From: Vicugna vicugna
Taxonomy: Eukaryota
DNA length: 64,000 bases
NCBI GenBank assembly: GCA_013265495.1
Contig: MU058141.1
Location: 1 to 64,000, forward strand
Reading direction: 5' to 3'
In this document: piece after piece, positions 62,839 to 64,000 of the stretch
Numbering within the stretch: the stretch's first letter is position 1
Layout of the letters: the number at the start of each line of letters is the position of its first letter
Position numbers and translations under genes: made by a program
The notes under the pieces: model-generated
Database searches by the model: none
The model's input: only the letters and a program-made list of their open reading frames with translations
Told to the model about the DNA's origin: nothing

Positions 62839-63439
62839 CACTGGTCTTTGTTTTAGATATAAGGTATCTGTACACTTCAAGAGGAATTTAGAGTTCTATG
62901 ATTTATAATATTAATATTTAAAGTTTTTCAGTATAAAAGAAAACCTGTAGTATAATATAATAAAAATATCAAAAAAGAAACATAATATTAGAACTGATTA
63001 TACAAATCTTTATTTACTAATTCATACTTGTAAAGTATCTGTACATTTTTTTAAATCGTAGTCACTAAAATAGGCCTAGAATTCCATTCCACCAGAATAT
63101 AACAAAACCTGAATGCCCAAACGCTGGTCACTAATACAGTGCTTTTCTACAATATAAACTACATTTTTTTGGAGACTTGCTGTTTCTAAGTCTGAGGAAT
63201 GGAAAGGTAAGTGAAGTTAGGATCCCTTGAGACAGAAATTAAGTGAGATATCAGAGATTATTGTGGTCATAGAAAAATGCAAAGAAACCAATCAACTTGC
63301 TTCTTCTGTTCAGCATTTAAAACATTTGAACATTGATAAGTCAATAATTATTTAGCTGATTAAAACACATTAAATCAGATTAGGTTTCTGGCAATGCAAA
63401 TTAGATCATTTAGTTCAACTTTCTAGCTGGAAATCAATA

Positions 63440-64000
63440 CTTATGGATCACAGAGACAGAAGTACACATTGGAATGTATCAAAAAAGTATGAGCTCCAAG
63501 CTGAAGAAAAATGAGAACTCAGAGAAGTAAGTAAAAGCTGAAGCCCCTTTTCGGTCTGAGGATATTTGCCATTTTCACAAAACTGATCTTTAACTTGACG
63601 GCCCCTTGAAGCATGGAGAATAATGTCAAAGCCCAGGTTATCCACAGGGTAGTTACACACAAGTGAATAGTTTCCACAATAATCTAGGACTAGTAAGTGC
63701 TTTGCATTCCATGGAAGGGTGATCAAGGCGCCCTTCATAACATTTACACTCACCTTGGGGGTTCAGATGACCCTGGAGAGCTGTATTTTTACAGACATAG
63801 GCAGCTCTAACTGCTAGGGGAGAAAGATGATGCTGTGGCATCCACAACAGGTAGGGTGAAGGATCACAGGGCAGTCTACAGTGCCTTCAGGGACACTGTG
63901 TGTATGGACAAGAAAACCACTGAGATAATGCTACTGAGAGGACTCTGCTTCTCCACCTCCCTTCATACCTTTCTCCCTCAAGTGCCTTTTGCAAAAGTGT
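63440..64000 (+). mobile_element. Possible old L1 5'-region fragment
   Basis: gagaactcagagaagtaagtaaaagctgaagcc...ctgagg resembles L1M 5' regions from memory. Weak evidence. Confidence 0.3.

Noticed and set aside
1..64000. CRISPR array, operon or other prokaryote-style system
   Set aside because: This is mammalian intron/exon DNA with no repeat-spacer arrays or dense coding regions.

Overview
AT-rich mammalian genomic DNA. The tRNA-Ala-derived vic-1-like SINEs suggest a camelid. The right half (35.2-59.8 kb, minus strand) holds the last seven coding exons and 3' UTR of cadherin-10 (CDH10, a type II classical cadherin). All seven exons have GT-AG boundaries and compatible phases (188, 254, 137, 122, 109, 252, 491 nt), and the gene continues beyond the right edge. 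The left 35 kb is intergenic and repeat-rich: L1, L2, MIR, MLT LTRs and a decayed ERV-L pol remnant split by a younger LTR. I found no convincing undescribed biological system. The best leads are: a sense-oriented ERV2-type solo LTR with poly(A) signals in the intron before the transmembrane exon; in-frame tandem splice acceptors within the TM helix; inverted SINEs flanking exon 6; a candidate non-TE retrocopy in intron 8; and CpG-rich patches in the last exon and in ancient repeats. Exon numbering and repeat subfamily names come from memory, not from searches.
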